A stretch of DNA of 62,416 nucleotides, counting the filler, from Aduncisulcus paluster (taxonomy: Eukaryota), in NCBI GenBank assembly GCA_024181965.1. It is 3 parts of 3 records of this genome, joined end to end, with 100 filler letters (N's around TTAATTAATTAA, not from the genome) between each part and the next. Parts side by side here need not be neighbours in the genome. Positions count along the whole stretch, not along the records: positions 1 to 22,818 come from BQXS01010830.1; 2 more parts are not named here. The stretch is one strand, 5' to 3'. A program made the translations under genes and the position numbers. The notes under the pieces were generated by a model that did no database searches, had not been told where the DNA came from, and worked only from the letters and a program-made list of their open reading frames with translations. Positions 10,101 to 20,279 of the stretch are shown here, piece by piece (the first letter of the stretch is position 1; every line of letters starts with the position of its first letter).

Positions 10101-13100
10101 TGTTGAATTATTCTCCTCAGCATCAGCATCTGATGAAGGAAGAGAATCAGGGGAAACAGATCTCTCAGCTCTTACAACCGAATCGAAAGGAGAGGAGGAT
10201 GAAGAGGAAGAGGAAGAGGAAGAATCAGCAGAGGAGGAATATTCATCTCCATTATCCACGGTAGAATATATATCCGTAGTACAATCCCCAGTATCAATAT
10301 TGGAACCACCTGATGTTGGAGGGATCACGGAAGAACTAAACTGAACACGAGAGGGAACAATTAGGCGCGAGAATGATTCCGAAGTGATAGGTTTCTTAAC
10401 AGGTGAATCATTTTTCCATAGATTTGAGCAATCATACTCATATTCATACTCATACTCAGATATTAGCTCAAATGATGGCTCTTCCTCCTCTTCTTCTTCT
10501 TTCCCTTCCTCTTCCTCAATGACAGCACTCACGAGTTGTTTAGGAGCTTCAGACAGTGACAGTATCTGCTGAGCATTCTTGTTCCCTTTGGGTGCCTCAA
10601 TTCCCTTGTCATCCTTTGAGGCACCCAAAGAACCAGGCACCGTCAATGAAAGAGGAATAGACCCCGAGGATATAGTGTTCCTTGCAGACGGGGTGAGAAT
10701 ATAATCTACAGAAGTGTGTGACACAGTGGAAGAAATAGATGTTGATGAGAAACTATCGATGCTGTATCGATGTTTGTGATTCGACTCAAGGTCAATTCCT
10801 TGTTCGTTGGATGAGAACTTCTCAGAAGACATATAGGGGATGAATAAATGTTCATTACTCCCCTTATCTGTCTTTGGATGATAAGGTTGCCTTGAATACG
10901 AATCATCAGATTCTCTCGAAGGAGAATCAAGTTCATCATCCACTCCTCGGCAATGGATATCCGAATCAACGGAATTGGCATGGTCTTGGGTTGAGGATTC
11001 AAGTGGACATTGAGGAACTCTTGGTCGAGGAATAGACGGAGCCACACTGATGTCACGGGCAGTGGAATCGTAGCCTTCACTTCTGGCTGGAGCATCTTGG
11101 AGAGAAGAGGAGGTGGACGAAACCATGGGAGTTGTCAGAGTCGTGAATGGCTGCTGTTTGTGCTGCTGTTTGTGCTGCTGTTGGTGAGGAAGAATAAGAG
11201 AGGGTGTTAGCGGGTGTTTATCTAAAAATAGACCTTGAGAAGATATAAATTCCGATACAGGAAGGAATATTTCTCCATCTCTGGCTGTATCATCCTTCTG
11301 GTTATGCTCTTTTTCATCTATTTCTCTCTCCTTTTCGGATGGCAATGACAAAGGTTGAACAAATACGGCAATATCTTTTGTTTGCTGTTCTGGTTGTTCT
11401 TGTTTCTCATCTTTTCTGTCTTGTTCTATTAATAGTCCAGATATATCAGCATCTGATGGATCCTCTTGGCAATACTCAGTGTCGTCAGCAGCATGGTCAC
11501 TAATTGTAGAAGAAAGATGTCTATTTTTAGATTCATACTGAGAAACAATGGACAAAGACACTGCTCTATCAGATGAATGCTGAGTGGTTGCTTGTTCTTG
11601 AACTTTTCCTTTTCCCTTAAGCTTTTCAGTAGTTTCGTCATTCTTTTTACGAGCTACTTGCACACGTTTTCCTTTCCTTATTTTAGTTCGGTACAACTTT
11701 TGACTCATCTGTTGGCTATATTTAGCACACCGATGTATCTCATTTTGCATATCCTTAACCAGTGTCATATTTTGAGTTGGATCCAAAAGTCTGAACAACA
11801 TTCTTTTAATAATTTCAACAATCAATATATCATCATTTCTATTTCTATTTATAGATATAATATTCTCATTCCCTTTTTCCATTGATGCTTTACATGTACT
11901 ATATGAATGTTTCTTGGTCGAATCTATGTCTTGTTCGAGGTGATTCTGTGAATCTGAAGGAAGTTGAACAGAAGCAACAAATGAAATAAACTGATCAATT
12001 AACAATCGTATCCCAGTGTTTCCACTCTGACCAGTGTTTCCACTCTGACCATTCTGCTTGAGACATGCTGAGGAATGCTGCTCATCACATTTGTGGAACA
12101 CGTGAAGATGCAATTTGGATGGATGTTTAACAGCTGATTCTTTGAATGTATTCGTCTTACCTTCATCGATACTGGAGTAAATAGGATGTTCATGCGTGCA
12201 TTGAGAATGAGAAGAGCCAATCCCTTCTATTTCAATCTCCGCCTCTCTTTCTTTCTTTTCCTTTTCTTCTTCCTCTTTCTCTTTCTCTTCTTCTATCTCT
12301 TTTCCTTTCTTTCCTGGCGTCTCTGTCTTGGAAATCTTCAATTTTTCTTTATGAGTTTTTTTCTTTCCAACAATAATTTGATCTTCATTTTCAGTCTCTG
12401 ACTTTTTCGAATCTATTTTTAGAACCTTCTCAGAACCATTCTTCTTCTTCTTCTTCTTTTCATCAGTTGATGTGCTTTGAGGGGTTGAAGAAGTAGATGT
12501 CGAAGAAGAAGATGTCGAAGAGTGACTAGAATAATATATCATCTCTTTAAATTCCGGCATTCTTTCCCGTTTCCTGGCATGATCCTTCCAAATATGGAGT
12601 ATTGCATCATAAAGAGCAAAAATACCTTTTCCACCTTCACTCAAATCAGTGATATTATGATATCTAACTTGAGAATCTTCAAAAAGACTACCCATCCTCT
12701 CTTTCTCAGTTTTAATTCGTTCTAAATTTAGATCAACAGTTTTAGAATGTTGTAGATTTTCAGAACAAGCAGAAATGGACATGTATTGTTTGTAAAACAA
12801 GTGTGGCGATGATAAACATAACAAACTCCTCGAAAATAGCATAAAATCCCCAGAAAGACAAGAGGATGAAGAAGAAAAAGAAAAAGACGAAGATGAAGAA
12901 GAGGGAGAGGAAGAGGAAGATGAAGGGGAAGCATGAGGGTGTAATTTAAATAATTTACATTTAACATTAAGTTGAGTGTTTTTCAATTTGGAATATTCAC
13001 TCAGTTTAAAAGAATAATCCCTAAATAAACAGAATAAAGGAGAAGATGAGAGGAAAGAGGAAAGGGACGTGGAGATTCGTGGAAATGGAATTGATATTCC

Positions 13101-14216
13101 CCTTTTAACACTGCAATTAAGCACTCTGGTGAGTTGGATATTCATTCTCTTTACATTTTTCTCCTTTGAATCAAACAGAAACGGGACATGAGGTCTTTTC
13201 GACAGTGAAGATTGCATCCTAATTCGTTCCATTTGCACTGACAATATACATAAATATTGGAACATTTCGGAAGATATTCCATCGTGGGTCTCATGAGCAT
13301 GCTCAATATCTCTCTCATGCTGTAATTTTAAGGCACCCACCTCACCTTGTAATTGACTGTTCTCTTCTTTCAGGCGAGATAGCTGTTTTTTGAGGAAAGA
13401 TGAGTGAACTTCAAGATGAACAAGGTCCCTCTTCAAATCGTTCAGTTGGATACTCAGAAGAGATGACTCAGATGGAGAATTGAAGGAAGAAACGACGGGA
13501 GGAGGGCAGGTGTCATCAGAATGGTTGGATTGAGGCCCGGGAGGAGACAGAGGAGGAGGTGTGAAGGAAGCAACAGTTGAAGAAGTTATTGGATCTCGAT
13601 GTGGTTTATGATTGAATAATTCGTGGATATTTATAGATTTCGTCGATGAAGAGGAGCTCATCGGTGCCACACCGGATGTGGATGAGGATGAATGCTGTTT
13701 GCCATCACGTCCAGCATGCTTTTGAGGATGGGTGAGTAAATGACCAGTTACAGCAATTTGGAAGACACAAGCATAGTCTCTACCATCATACGTGTGATCC
13801 TTTTGTTTCAATATGATGCGTCTAACTCCCTGAATCCCACAAACAAGTTCGTACCAGCCTTGGTGCATGATAAATCTATACTCGACCGTATTAATAGGTC
13901 CATGGCTGTTGAGGAAAGTGACAGAGAGAGCAGTCGGACATTGGCCACCAGAGAAATAAAGCCATATACTCTCTACAAAAAGGGGAGAAGGGTATTTTGG
14001 AAAAGATACAGACAATGCAGTCCACGAACACCCATAATCGAGACTCTTATCAAACAAATTTCGATTCCAAGATCGTGAATATTTAATAGTGTCTCCCAAT
14101 TGCCGGCTTTTAAGTGAACCTTTAAAATTATCGCTCGAAAGTTTGATCCTGGAAGGTGGTCCATCTTTGAGAAGTGACACACCTCGGATATTCGAAATAC
14201 CAACTATAATAAACAA
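7113..14216 (-). CDS. Large (~2370 aa) Ser/Thr-type protein kinase: N-terminal jelly-roll (APC10/DOC-like) domain, coiled coils, low-complexity middle, C-terminal kinase domain; 5' end uncertain
   Basis: Kinase motifs VVLKVY, VHCDVKPENVL, CDFEG, GTPQFMAPE, SDMYAFG. The ORF-track start is a TTG next to a TACTAAC...TTATAG acceptor-like site (minus strand, ~14204-14236), so an upstream exon is likely. Confidence 0.85.
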   Translation of the reverse strand: MFIIVGISNIRGVSLLKDGPPSRIKLSSDNFKGSLKSRQLGDTIKYSRSWNRNLFDKSLDYGCSWTALSVSFPKYPSPLFVESIWLYFSGGQCPTALSVTFLNSHGPINTVEYRFIMHQGWYELVCGIQGVRRIILKQKDHTYDGRDYACVFQIAVTGHLLTHPQKHAGRDGKQHSSSSTSGVAPMSSSSSTKSINIHELFNHKPHRDPITSSTVASFTPPPLSPPGPQSNHSDDTCPPPVVSSFNSPSESSLLSIQLNDLKRDLVHLEVHSSFLKKQLSRLKEENSQLQGEVGALKLQHERDIEHAHETHDGISSEMFQYLCILSVQMERIRMQSSLSKRPHVPFLFDSKEKNVKRMNIQLTRVLNCSVKRGISIPFPRISTSLSSFLSSSPLFCLFRDYSFKLSEYSKLKNTQLNVKCKLFKLHPHASPSSSSSSPSSSSSSFSFSSSSSCLSGDFMLFSRSLLCLSSPHLFYKQYMSISACSENLQHSKTVDLNLERIKTEKERMGSLFEDSQVRYHNITDLSEGGKGIFALYDAILHIWKDHARKRERMPEFKEMIYYSSHSSTSSSSTSTSSTPQSTSTDEKKKKKKNGSEKVLKIDSKKSETENEDQIIVGKKKTHKEKLKISKTETPGKKGKEIEEEKEKEEEEKEKKEREAEIEIEGIGSSHSQCTHEHPIYSSIDEGKTNTFKESAVKHPSKLHLHVFHKCDEQHSSACLKQNGQSGNTGQSGNTGIRLLIDQFISFVASVQLPSDSQNHLEQDIDSTKKHSYSTCKASMEKGNENIISINRNRNDDILIVEIIKRMLFRLLDPTQNMTLVKDMQNEIHRCAKYSQQMSQKLYRTKIRKGKRVQVARKKNDETTEKLKGKGKVQEQATTQHSSDRAVSLSIVSQYESKNRHLSSTISDHAADDTEYCQEDPSDADISGLLIEQDRKDEKQEQPEQQTKDIAVFVQPLSLPSEKEREIDEKEHNQKDDTARDGEIFLPVSEFISSQGLFLDKHPLTPSLILPHQQQHKQQHKQQPFTTLTTPMVSSTSSSLQDAPARSEGYDSTARDISVAPSIPRPRVPQCPLESSTQDHANSVDSDIHCRGVDDELDSPSRESDDSYSRQPYHPKTDKGSNEHLFIPYMSSEKFSSNEQGIDLESNHKHRYSIDSFSSTSISSTVSHTSVDYILTPSARNTISSGSIPLSLTVPGSLGASKDDKGIEAPKGNKNAQQILSLSEAPKQLVSAVIEEEEGKEEEEEEEPSFELISEYEYEYEYDCSNLWKNDSPVKKPITSESFSRLIVPSRVQFSSSVIPPTSGGSNIDTGDCTTDIYSTVDNGDEYSSSADSSSSSSSSSSSPFDSVVRAERSVSPDSLPSSDADAEENNSTPRPDDIGQRHRQSYYSSKMQQKVMMRKKRKSEGRGERNGKREQKSQYSSSNKNSTGKSSKYERKDKSSGNNYSRYIHSKEIFQDDDLSPFFVKPFTKIISYPNFYSSPQTHRDQPASSLFVPASTDHHQHAHSVTHTSYLSPLFDIHSFHMSLATVLFDMCSSLLSYMSDQSLEMLKKQRRKTRHAKESLIGMLSGKDRGAYSSTDAASVPTNGHNAPTFGGNMDAYGQYMSVFGSDGSEEEDSEESSSSIDDDIQGIVEQLKVLDKCIAEENETISFIHWIVSFFSHSTFREGVKLTNKNSDVISLISSKMAVIFNLRNTMVRRKSMLPTSSSLMPSSISPLVSNPTLIPGPEIDDCSSTLLISKLFNTSHFDHLGDDSQSISMLESHLPYLTLSLCLFTLYSISLVQISSFYLDRAFNRFNRLLYVHSDRIKLWIDDASVAENCIGKLDHLQTAIQEAIARVDVCKYDIMSNKRKIEWQKRMESKWKASHPKSKSEDCVPTTNIRVLQQNIKNLHSELDEKRKDIQLKHKEILHIQTAVARHLGRGMRVPPAVMERIFIGVDLDAQPSSHHTRHEHGDNAGDSAPQSRTTSGNDSSSTAVPMSIIDNRTGSIKGGIAGMLQSHQCSRVSSPHVSMIPLMPHLSLSSFSHLHPLAGSDTALNRGCIFQGKWMGEAVVLKVYKEAVSSRSSYRRLVRSTLAARVGNECKFIVPLKFAFFDSGSKGDSGFDRDEEHASGGSSQAAKNRDNEAGGVKYSSSSDSSSDVVSEENDDDGDDDIDNSCDAVHETVGFYSRGSLKEAESVVLVFPFYERGDLNRWAKKMATHSRSRVASGDGHIKRRKNSYLSPSNLTKIRRVLVCVLHALDFIHDHGLVHCDVKPENVLIDQHGQGLLCDFEGAVEESEKVSRVFSATMCVGTPQFMAPELEEAIKQKSKPFPTPASDMYAFGILLKTVFSQFNDGVPAEIPDIISNCTHIDPQNRSSAHDLIQSPFFML
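12013..12050. repeat. 18-bp tandem duplication in the kinase CDS (GQSGNT x2)
   Basis: ccagtgtttccactctga at 12013-12030 and 12031-12048. Confidence 0.9.
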
Positions 14217-15040
14217 ATAATAAATATTAGTTAGTATTTTGGATAAATACCAAAAAAGAATACTTATTTCTCTGCTATATTTCGATAATCTCGAAGAAGC
14301 AAGAAAAAAGAAGACCTACAATAATTATCATCTATACATACTATGAGTCATATTATTTTATATTGATTAGGACTTTAGTACAGCGATATGATTGCACACC
14401 AGTCAAGAAAAAGTACAAACGAAAACTAAATCAGGAATTAATACTTAATAACACTATTAAAAGGTAATAATAAAATAAACATTGTAATTAAAATATACTT
14501 TTATTAATATTTTTGTTAGAACCACTTCAGATAGCTTTCGAACAAAACAAATTTGTATGAAGTATCAATCAATATATCCCCCATATTTTGATTCAAATTA
14601 ATGATCGAGAGATCATCAAAATGCAGAGATGTTTTGTTCTATTGGATAGATTAATCCATAAATTCGTATAAATGGCTGATAATATTGAAATAACGAAACA
14701 ACCTAAAAAAATAATTATCATCCAAATTTTAGCATAATCTATCAATTAAATGTTGTATTTAGAATAAAAAAGAATGCTATCGAAAGCATTTCTCTACTCT
14801 TTCAAATCAATAAAAATCAGATTAACTCCATTTCAGCTCTCAAACTCAGAACCATTCTTTTTTTATCTGCGATATAAAGCTTTATACTATCAAACAATAC
14901 GAGAGAAAAGAAACGATAATATTTCCGTCGAACCGCCAGGAGATAAGAGAGAAAAGAAAACTACTATCTTCGTGGACTAAAGTCCAAATACAAAAACCAA
15001 TTCCAACAAATTAAATATATATGTGTGTGTATCTATTGTA

Positions 15041-15481
15041 CTACGATAGATCACTCACAGGGATTGAATGAATTCGATAACCATTGATTTGAGCTCTACA
15101 AGCTTTGTTATGAGCAGCAACAGCTTTTTCTTTGGATGAATATTTTAACATAACAGCATAAAATGCAGTTCCCGGAAGTAATACCAATCTTTCGGGCGTT
15201 TGAAAGGTAATATCCTCCAATATTTCAGAAACTGTTCCAATGGAAATAAACTTGGGGAAAGGAAATATAACGAGCGTCCGAGCTTCAATTCCAACTAAAG
15301 AGGTAAGCTGAGGTTGGATCATTAATTTGATTTGACTTCCATACTGGAAGAAAGCAGACCCGTAATCAGCTGCGTAATACTGTTTCCTGTCAATTGAAAT
15401 TGAATCAAGATCACGAACTAATTTCAATATTCCACCATGAAAATTGTGTCTCGGAACAATTTCCTCATCATCTTCAGACAT
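15041..15481 (-). CDS. 146-aa protein with probable RRM-like fold
   Basis: ATG..TAG ORF. The pattern RTLVIFPFP...AVMLKYSSKEKAVAAH...INGYRIHSIP fits an RRM beta-alpha-beta-beta-alpha-beta fold. Confidence 0.6.
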   Translation of the reverse strand: MSEDDEEIVPRHNFHGGILKLVRDLDSISIDRKQYYAADYGSAFFQYGSQIKLMIQPQLTSLVGIEARTLVIFPFPKFISIGTVSEILEDITFQTPERLVLLPGTAFYAVMLKYSSKEKAVAAHNKACRAQINGYRIHSIPVSDLS

Positions 15482-15704
15482 GCAAGATGATATTGCCGAG
15501 AAAAACGAAGCTTAGATTTCCTGACTGTCATATTTGGAAATTTTGGTATTTGAATATAGTAAAACACCTAAAATACAATATATAACAACATAACATATTA
15601 TCAAATCCTTCAATAATATAGATCTGCTTCTCCAATGAATCAGCACAGTTTTTGCCGCAAAGATAAAGAAAGTACATTACCACTACAGGTTAATATAATA
15701 TAAT

Positions 15705-17037
15705 ATGGAAAATCCAGCTGATAAAATAGTGTCTATGATAACATCTCCTTATCAATATACTCCCAATCCTTTCCGTTCCGAAGATAGTGAAGAATCTTCA
15801 GAAAACTGGGATACATCTCCTAAAAATCCAGCCCAACACAAATCAACTCACGATTCTGATCTTTATCATCCTCCTAAATCAGTTCATCCTCCAGTAGACT
15901 CAGCTTTCCATTCTATACAAGTTTTAGGCAATGTATCAACGCTTCACGATGATGAACTCATAGAAAAAAGCAAAGAACATGTCACAACAGGGCATATTGA
16001 CCCCTCTTTATTCTCTCAAATACTTAATCGTTGGATTCGCGATCGTGAGTCCCTTGCCTTTTTGAGAAGGAGTGAGTCGAGACATATTGAGGAAGAAAAA
16101 AAGAGAAAAGACTCTGAGCGCCTTGCTAAGATTGAAAGAGATATGCTCGATGCAGAGGAAGAGGAGATGAGAACCAAGCGTAAGCAAGAAAAAGATGCTG
16201 AATTTGATAAGTATATCCGTGAATCTAAAATGATATCAAAGCTGCAAGAAGAGCTTTCAACACTTCGAAGCAAGCATGCCCTCGTAGATATCCAGTTAAA
16301 GAGTGCCCGTCGTAACGAAGCTAACCTAACCAAGGAAAAAGATAAACTCCGTGAATTAGTTGCTGATTTGCGTGATAAACTCTCTGATTCCACTCGTAAG
16401 ATCTCTGAGATGTCCCTGGAGTTCTCCAAAATTAGTGGCGACAAAGAGAGAATTGCAGCCAGGAGTGACATGATTGAGNNNNNNNNNNNNNNNNNNNNAA
16501 GAGGAGATGAGAACCAAGCGTAAGAAAGAAAAAGATGCTGAATTTGATAAGTATATCCGTGAATCTAAAATGATATCAAAGCTGCAAGAAGAGCTTTCAA
16601 CACTTCGAAGCAAGCATGCCCTCGTAGATATCCAGTTAAAGAGTGCCCGTCGTAACGAAGCTAACCTAACCAAGGAAAAAGATAAACTCCGTGAATTAGT
16701 TGCTGATTTGCGTGATAAACTCTCTGATTCCACTCGTAAGATCTCTGAGATGTCCCTGGAGTTCTCCAAAATTAGTGGCGACAAAGAGAGAATTGCAGCC
16801 AGGAGTGACATGATTGAGCATAAAATGATTGAGAAAGATTCCATGCACAGGAAGACCCTAGAGCGTCTTTCAGGGATTATTAGTGATGAAAGGGATGAGA
16901 TATTCCAACTTCATGAGCTAATTTCAACATTAGAGGACACAAACAGAGAATTGCAAATACATATCGAACAAAAGGAGCGAGAAGTTGCTGAAACCAAGAA
17001 ACTCATGAAAATTCAACAAGGAAGCATCGATTGGTGA
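15705..17037 (+). CDS. Coiled-coil protein, ~330 aa after removing a 340-bp gap-associated duplication
   Basis: ORFs 15705-16523 and 16474-17037 share duplicated sequence (16159-16478 = 16499-16818) around the N gap at 16479-16498. Collapsing gives 993 nt = 331 codons in one frame, with E/K/R-rich heptads. Confidence 0.8.
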
Positions 17038-17631
17038 TACATATCTCTATGCCGTTTGAAAATTATTTTATTTTTATAATTACTCAAATAATCTCGATTA
17101 TTCTTTGATTATTGTTTTAATTCTTACTTAGAATTTAGAGTTTTTATAGTGTTCCAATAACCTCATTTTCCCTAATTTTCTGAGATATCTGGTTAATAAG
17201 ATATAATTTCCACATATGACATATTGTGATTCTTTCTTGTATTGTTTTTTAGATCTAACCAGACCGTCTGGTGACATCTCATTTTTTTTTCTTCCTCATA
17301 TCTCTTGAGACCATATATATTTCTTTTGTATATGATAATTATGTGATAAAACACTTGACCATCATAGATTTGTATAGTAAAATGTCGGTTTTCATTCCAT
17401 GAAAGTCCTCAAGAGTGTTCAATGTATCATTTAAATTCAGATGTTACGCTTCCATTAAAGAAAGAAAAGGCCTTCTACATTGTTAATTATTTATATATTA
17501 GGCCATTCATCGGCCATTTTAGATCTTGATTGATCAATACGAGAGTGTCAGAAATTGCTCTATAAAGATGTAGTTTTTCCTTCTCGATTAGAGGAAACAT
17601 TGAAGTATCAAAACAATAATTTCATATAATA

Positions 17632-19038
17632 ATGATCATTAATTATGAATTAAATCAGAAAATCCTCCAAAAATCATATATTAATCTTTGGAAGGAAGTC
17701 GAAGCTGAAACTGGTATTCCCATAAAGAAGTTACGGTTAAATATTAATAGTCAACCTGAAGGCCCAAAAAAGTTTATAAATCTTCCAAATCCACTTGTTC
17801 TTCCATCAATGGTCAATGTCTTAGATGTTTTTGAGTATCTGAAGTTGTATCAGCTTTTGGATTGTGTTCGTCAACAAAATCTTTCTGATGTGCTTATCCG
17901 TGAGAGATCTGTTAAATCTATGGAAATTCAATGCAAGAACTTAGGTCCTCAAGTAGGATTCCGTTTTACATACGTTCTTGAATATCTAGGTCCAGTGTTA
18001 TTACCAATCTTTCTCATATGGAGTGTTTTGAAGCCAGCACCACAACCATATGGCATATTTGGTCGAGTATGGAGATTTTTGAAGACGATTATCTATGACC
18101 CTCTGATATCCGATGATATTGATTGGCCACAATTTGTTTTGTTTTCAAATGTATTCACCCCAAGTCCAAAATGCATTGTTTTATTCCTTTGTTGGGAGTT
18201 ACATTTTATTCGAAGAACTCTCGAATCAGCTTTCCTTCACTCGTTCAGCAGACCTTCCATGCCAAGGAAACGTGCCCTAACTAACATTATATATTATTGG
18301 GGCATGACTCTTTTTGTGTGGATCCAACTTCTTTCAGGATTGTCATATTCTTCCATGATCTTCCCAATGAATAATTCCCCTGTTGGAAGGTGTGTATTCC
18401 TGTGCGTGTTTATTATTGCCGAATTAGGTAATTCATGGTGCCATTGGCACATGAAATCCGTCAGAGTTAGGGCAGGTGAACAAGCTGAGAAGAAAGCAGA
18501 AGAACTCAGAAAGACTCATGGTGAAGACGCCTTCCAAATGGATATTCAGGAAGATATTGCTGAACCTTCTACTCCTGATATAAATAGTAGCTCATGTGAT
18601 ACGAACAACTATTGTTCTAGGCCTGGTGTCACGAATGAAATGGTACGTATTCTATCACACGTTCCACCTCACTCCTTCTTGTATCAATTCAGCGTGACTC
18701 CTAATTATGGCCTAGAAATTCTTGTCTGGATAGCTTTTGCAATTTACTCCGGTTATGAAGCGCTCTTCATTTTCATGATTGCCGGAGCTTTCCAGATGTG
18801 GGCCTGGTCAATCCAGAGAAAAATCAGACTTATTAGATCAACACGTGGTCATGAACGCCTTACTTTTAAGAACAGAGGAACTTTATTGCCGACTTTCAAT
18901 CGGAATAACTGGAAATTGGGTGTGGGATTGATATCCATTTCTCTCGGTATTATATTATTGTGTATCTTTTTTACCATCAAATTTGTAAATCAAGAAACTG
19001 ATTTCGAAATTGTTGATGAATTGATTTATATGTTTTAG
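17632..19038 (+). CDS. TECR: Very-long-chain enoyl-CoA reductase (TECR/Tsc13, steroid 5-alpha-reductase family)
   Basis: KNLGPQVGFRFTYVLEYLGP, HFIRRTLESAFLHSFS..SMP, NIIYYWG, ELGNSWCH, PNYGLEILVWIAF and QMWAWS motifs; multiple TM segments. Confidence 0.9.
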   Translation: MIINYELNQKILQKSYINLWKEVEAETGIPIKKLRLNINSQPEGPKKFINLPNPLVLPSMVNVLDVFEYLKLYQLLDCVRQQNLSDVLIRERSVKSMEIQCKNLGPQVGFRFTYVLEYLGPVLLPIFLIWSVLKPAPQPYGIFGRVWRFLKTIIYDPLISDDIDWPQFVLFSNVFTPSPKCIVLFLCWELHFIRRTLESAFLHSFSRPSMPRKRALTNIIYYWGMTLFVWIQLLSGLSYSSMIFPMNNSPVGRCVFLCVFIIAELGNSWCHWHMKSVRVRAGEQAEKKAEELRKTHGEDAFQMDIQEDIAEPSTPDINSSSCDTNNYCSRPGVTNEMVRILSHVPPHSFLYQFSVTPNYGLEILVWIAFAIYSGYEALFIFMIAGAFQMWAWSIQRKIRLIRSTRGHERLTFKNRGTLLPTFNRNNWKLGVGLISISLGIILLCIFFTIKFVNQETDFEIVDELIYMF

Positions 19039-19510
19039 CTAAAAATCATATATACTCAATAACCAGGCAGCTGAAAAGAATTTCAAAAATGTTCTACAGT
19101 ATTTAACATATAACAAGTAAGAAATTTCTTTCAATAGTAATTTCTGCTTTTTTAAAATTCTCCTTTGAGCGATATTATTATTCGATGGATTATGATTGAT
19201 TCATGTTGTTAATTTCAAAATAATTACATCAATTATGTTTAAAATTGAGAGTAAACTATATTGTCGAAGATAAAATATGAATAATATTTTAGATAAAGTG
19301 GATATTGAACAGAAAAGTTATCTCTTGAGAGACGAGAGAAAATACGGTAAAGATAGGATGATAATAAAATTAATTCAATATTTTTATTATTTTATCATGT
19401 TAACTTAATGTTGCTTTATTTTTTCCTGATGATATAAAAATAGAATTCGAGAAAGAATCGATTTTCAATTCAAAACTGCTCTTCTCTCTGTCTGTCCCTT
19501 GCTCGATATT

Positions 19511-20087
19511 ATGAAGACAACTAGAGTACAAAGACCACGTAGATGTCCCTACAACACCCGTAGAAACAGGATCAGAGTGTATGTTTTCCATCTATTTCCG
19601 ATGATTTGTATTTAGTTTCTGTTCCGTGTCCCTTATTGATCTATTTGGTAATTTAAACAATATTCTTTTCATTTTTTTTATTTAATATTTTTTTAGGACC
19701 AAGACTGATGGTGGCCGTCTCTCCGTTGTTTACCGCAAGAAGACCAGGTCCCTTCCCAAGTGTATGGACACCGGTAAGGTTCTTCACGGTATGAAGGCTG
19801 TTTCTCCCGCTGAGAGAGCTTCTCTTCCTCGTCGTGAAAAGACAGTTTCTCGTTGTTACGGTGGCTGCCTTTCCCACGCTGCTGTCCGTACCAGGATTTT
19901 GCGTGCTTTGCTCGTTGAGGAAACTCGTTACGTCAAGAAGGTATGTATTTCTTTGTAGTAATTTTTATTCGTTTATTTTAGTATTGTTTATATTTTCCTT
20001 TTTTCTTTATTATTTTAGTTCCAAGAAGAGCACATGAGACAACAGAAGAAGAATGCTAAATTAGCCAAGAAGACTGGTAAGAAGTAA
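19511..20087 (+). CDS. RPL34: 60S ribosomal protein L34e, 3 exons (19511-19578, 19697-19940, 20019-20087), 126 aa
   Basis: Spliced translation MKTTRVQRPRRCPYNTRRNRIRVTKTDGGRLSVVYRKK...KTVSRCYGGCLSHAAVRTRILRALLVEE. Introns 19579-19696 and 19941-20018 are both GTATGT..TAG and restore the frame. Confidence 0.95.
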
Positions 20088-20279
20088 ATATTCATACAGT
20101 ATTTTTTAGCTGATTAATAAATTTTATTTTAATTTTGATTATGATGACATTCAATGCAATCATCAATTTTCTCAAGTTTCTCAGTGGAAAAACAAAAATA
20201 GCAAAATTTAAAATATCCTTTATTTGCTTAAATTAGCTTGAAGTCAAGACTTTATTTTTTGCCAAATTAATATATTCAA

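Noticed and set aside
16016-16844. Twin minus-strand ORFs suggesting a tandem gene duplication
   Set aside because: Antisense to the coiled-coil gene and produced by the 340-bp gap duplication.
17258-17272. Interrupted palindrome ACCAGAC-C-GTCTGGT
   Set aside because: Single occurrence with a 1-nt loop and no supporting context.
20082-20088. AGTAAAT overlapping the stop of RPL34 (also RRP17), like the Giardia polyadenylation signal
   Set aside because: Only two of about 20 genes show it, and both are explained by Lys(AAG)-TAA.
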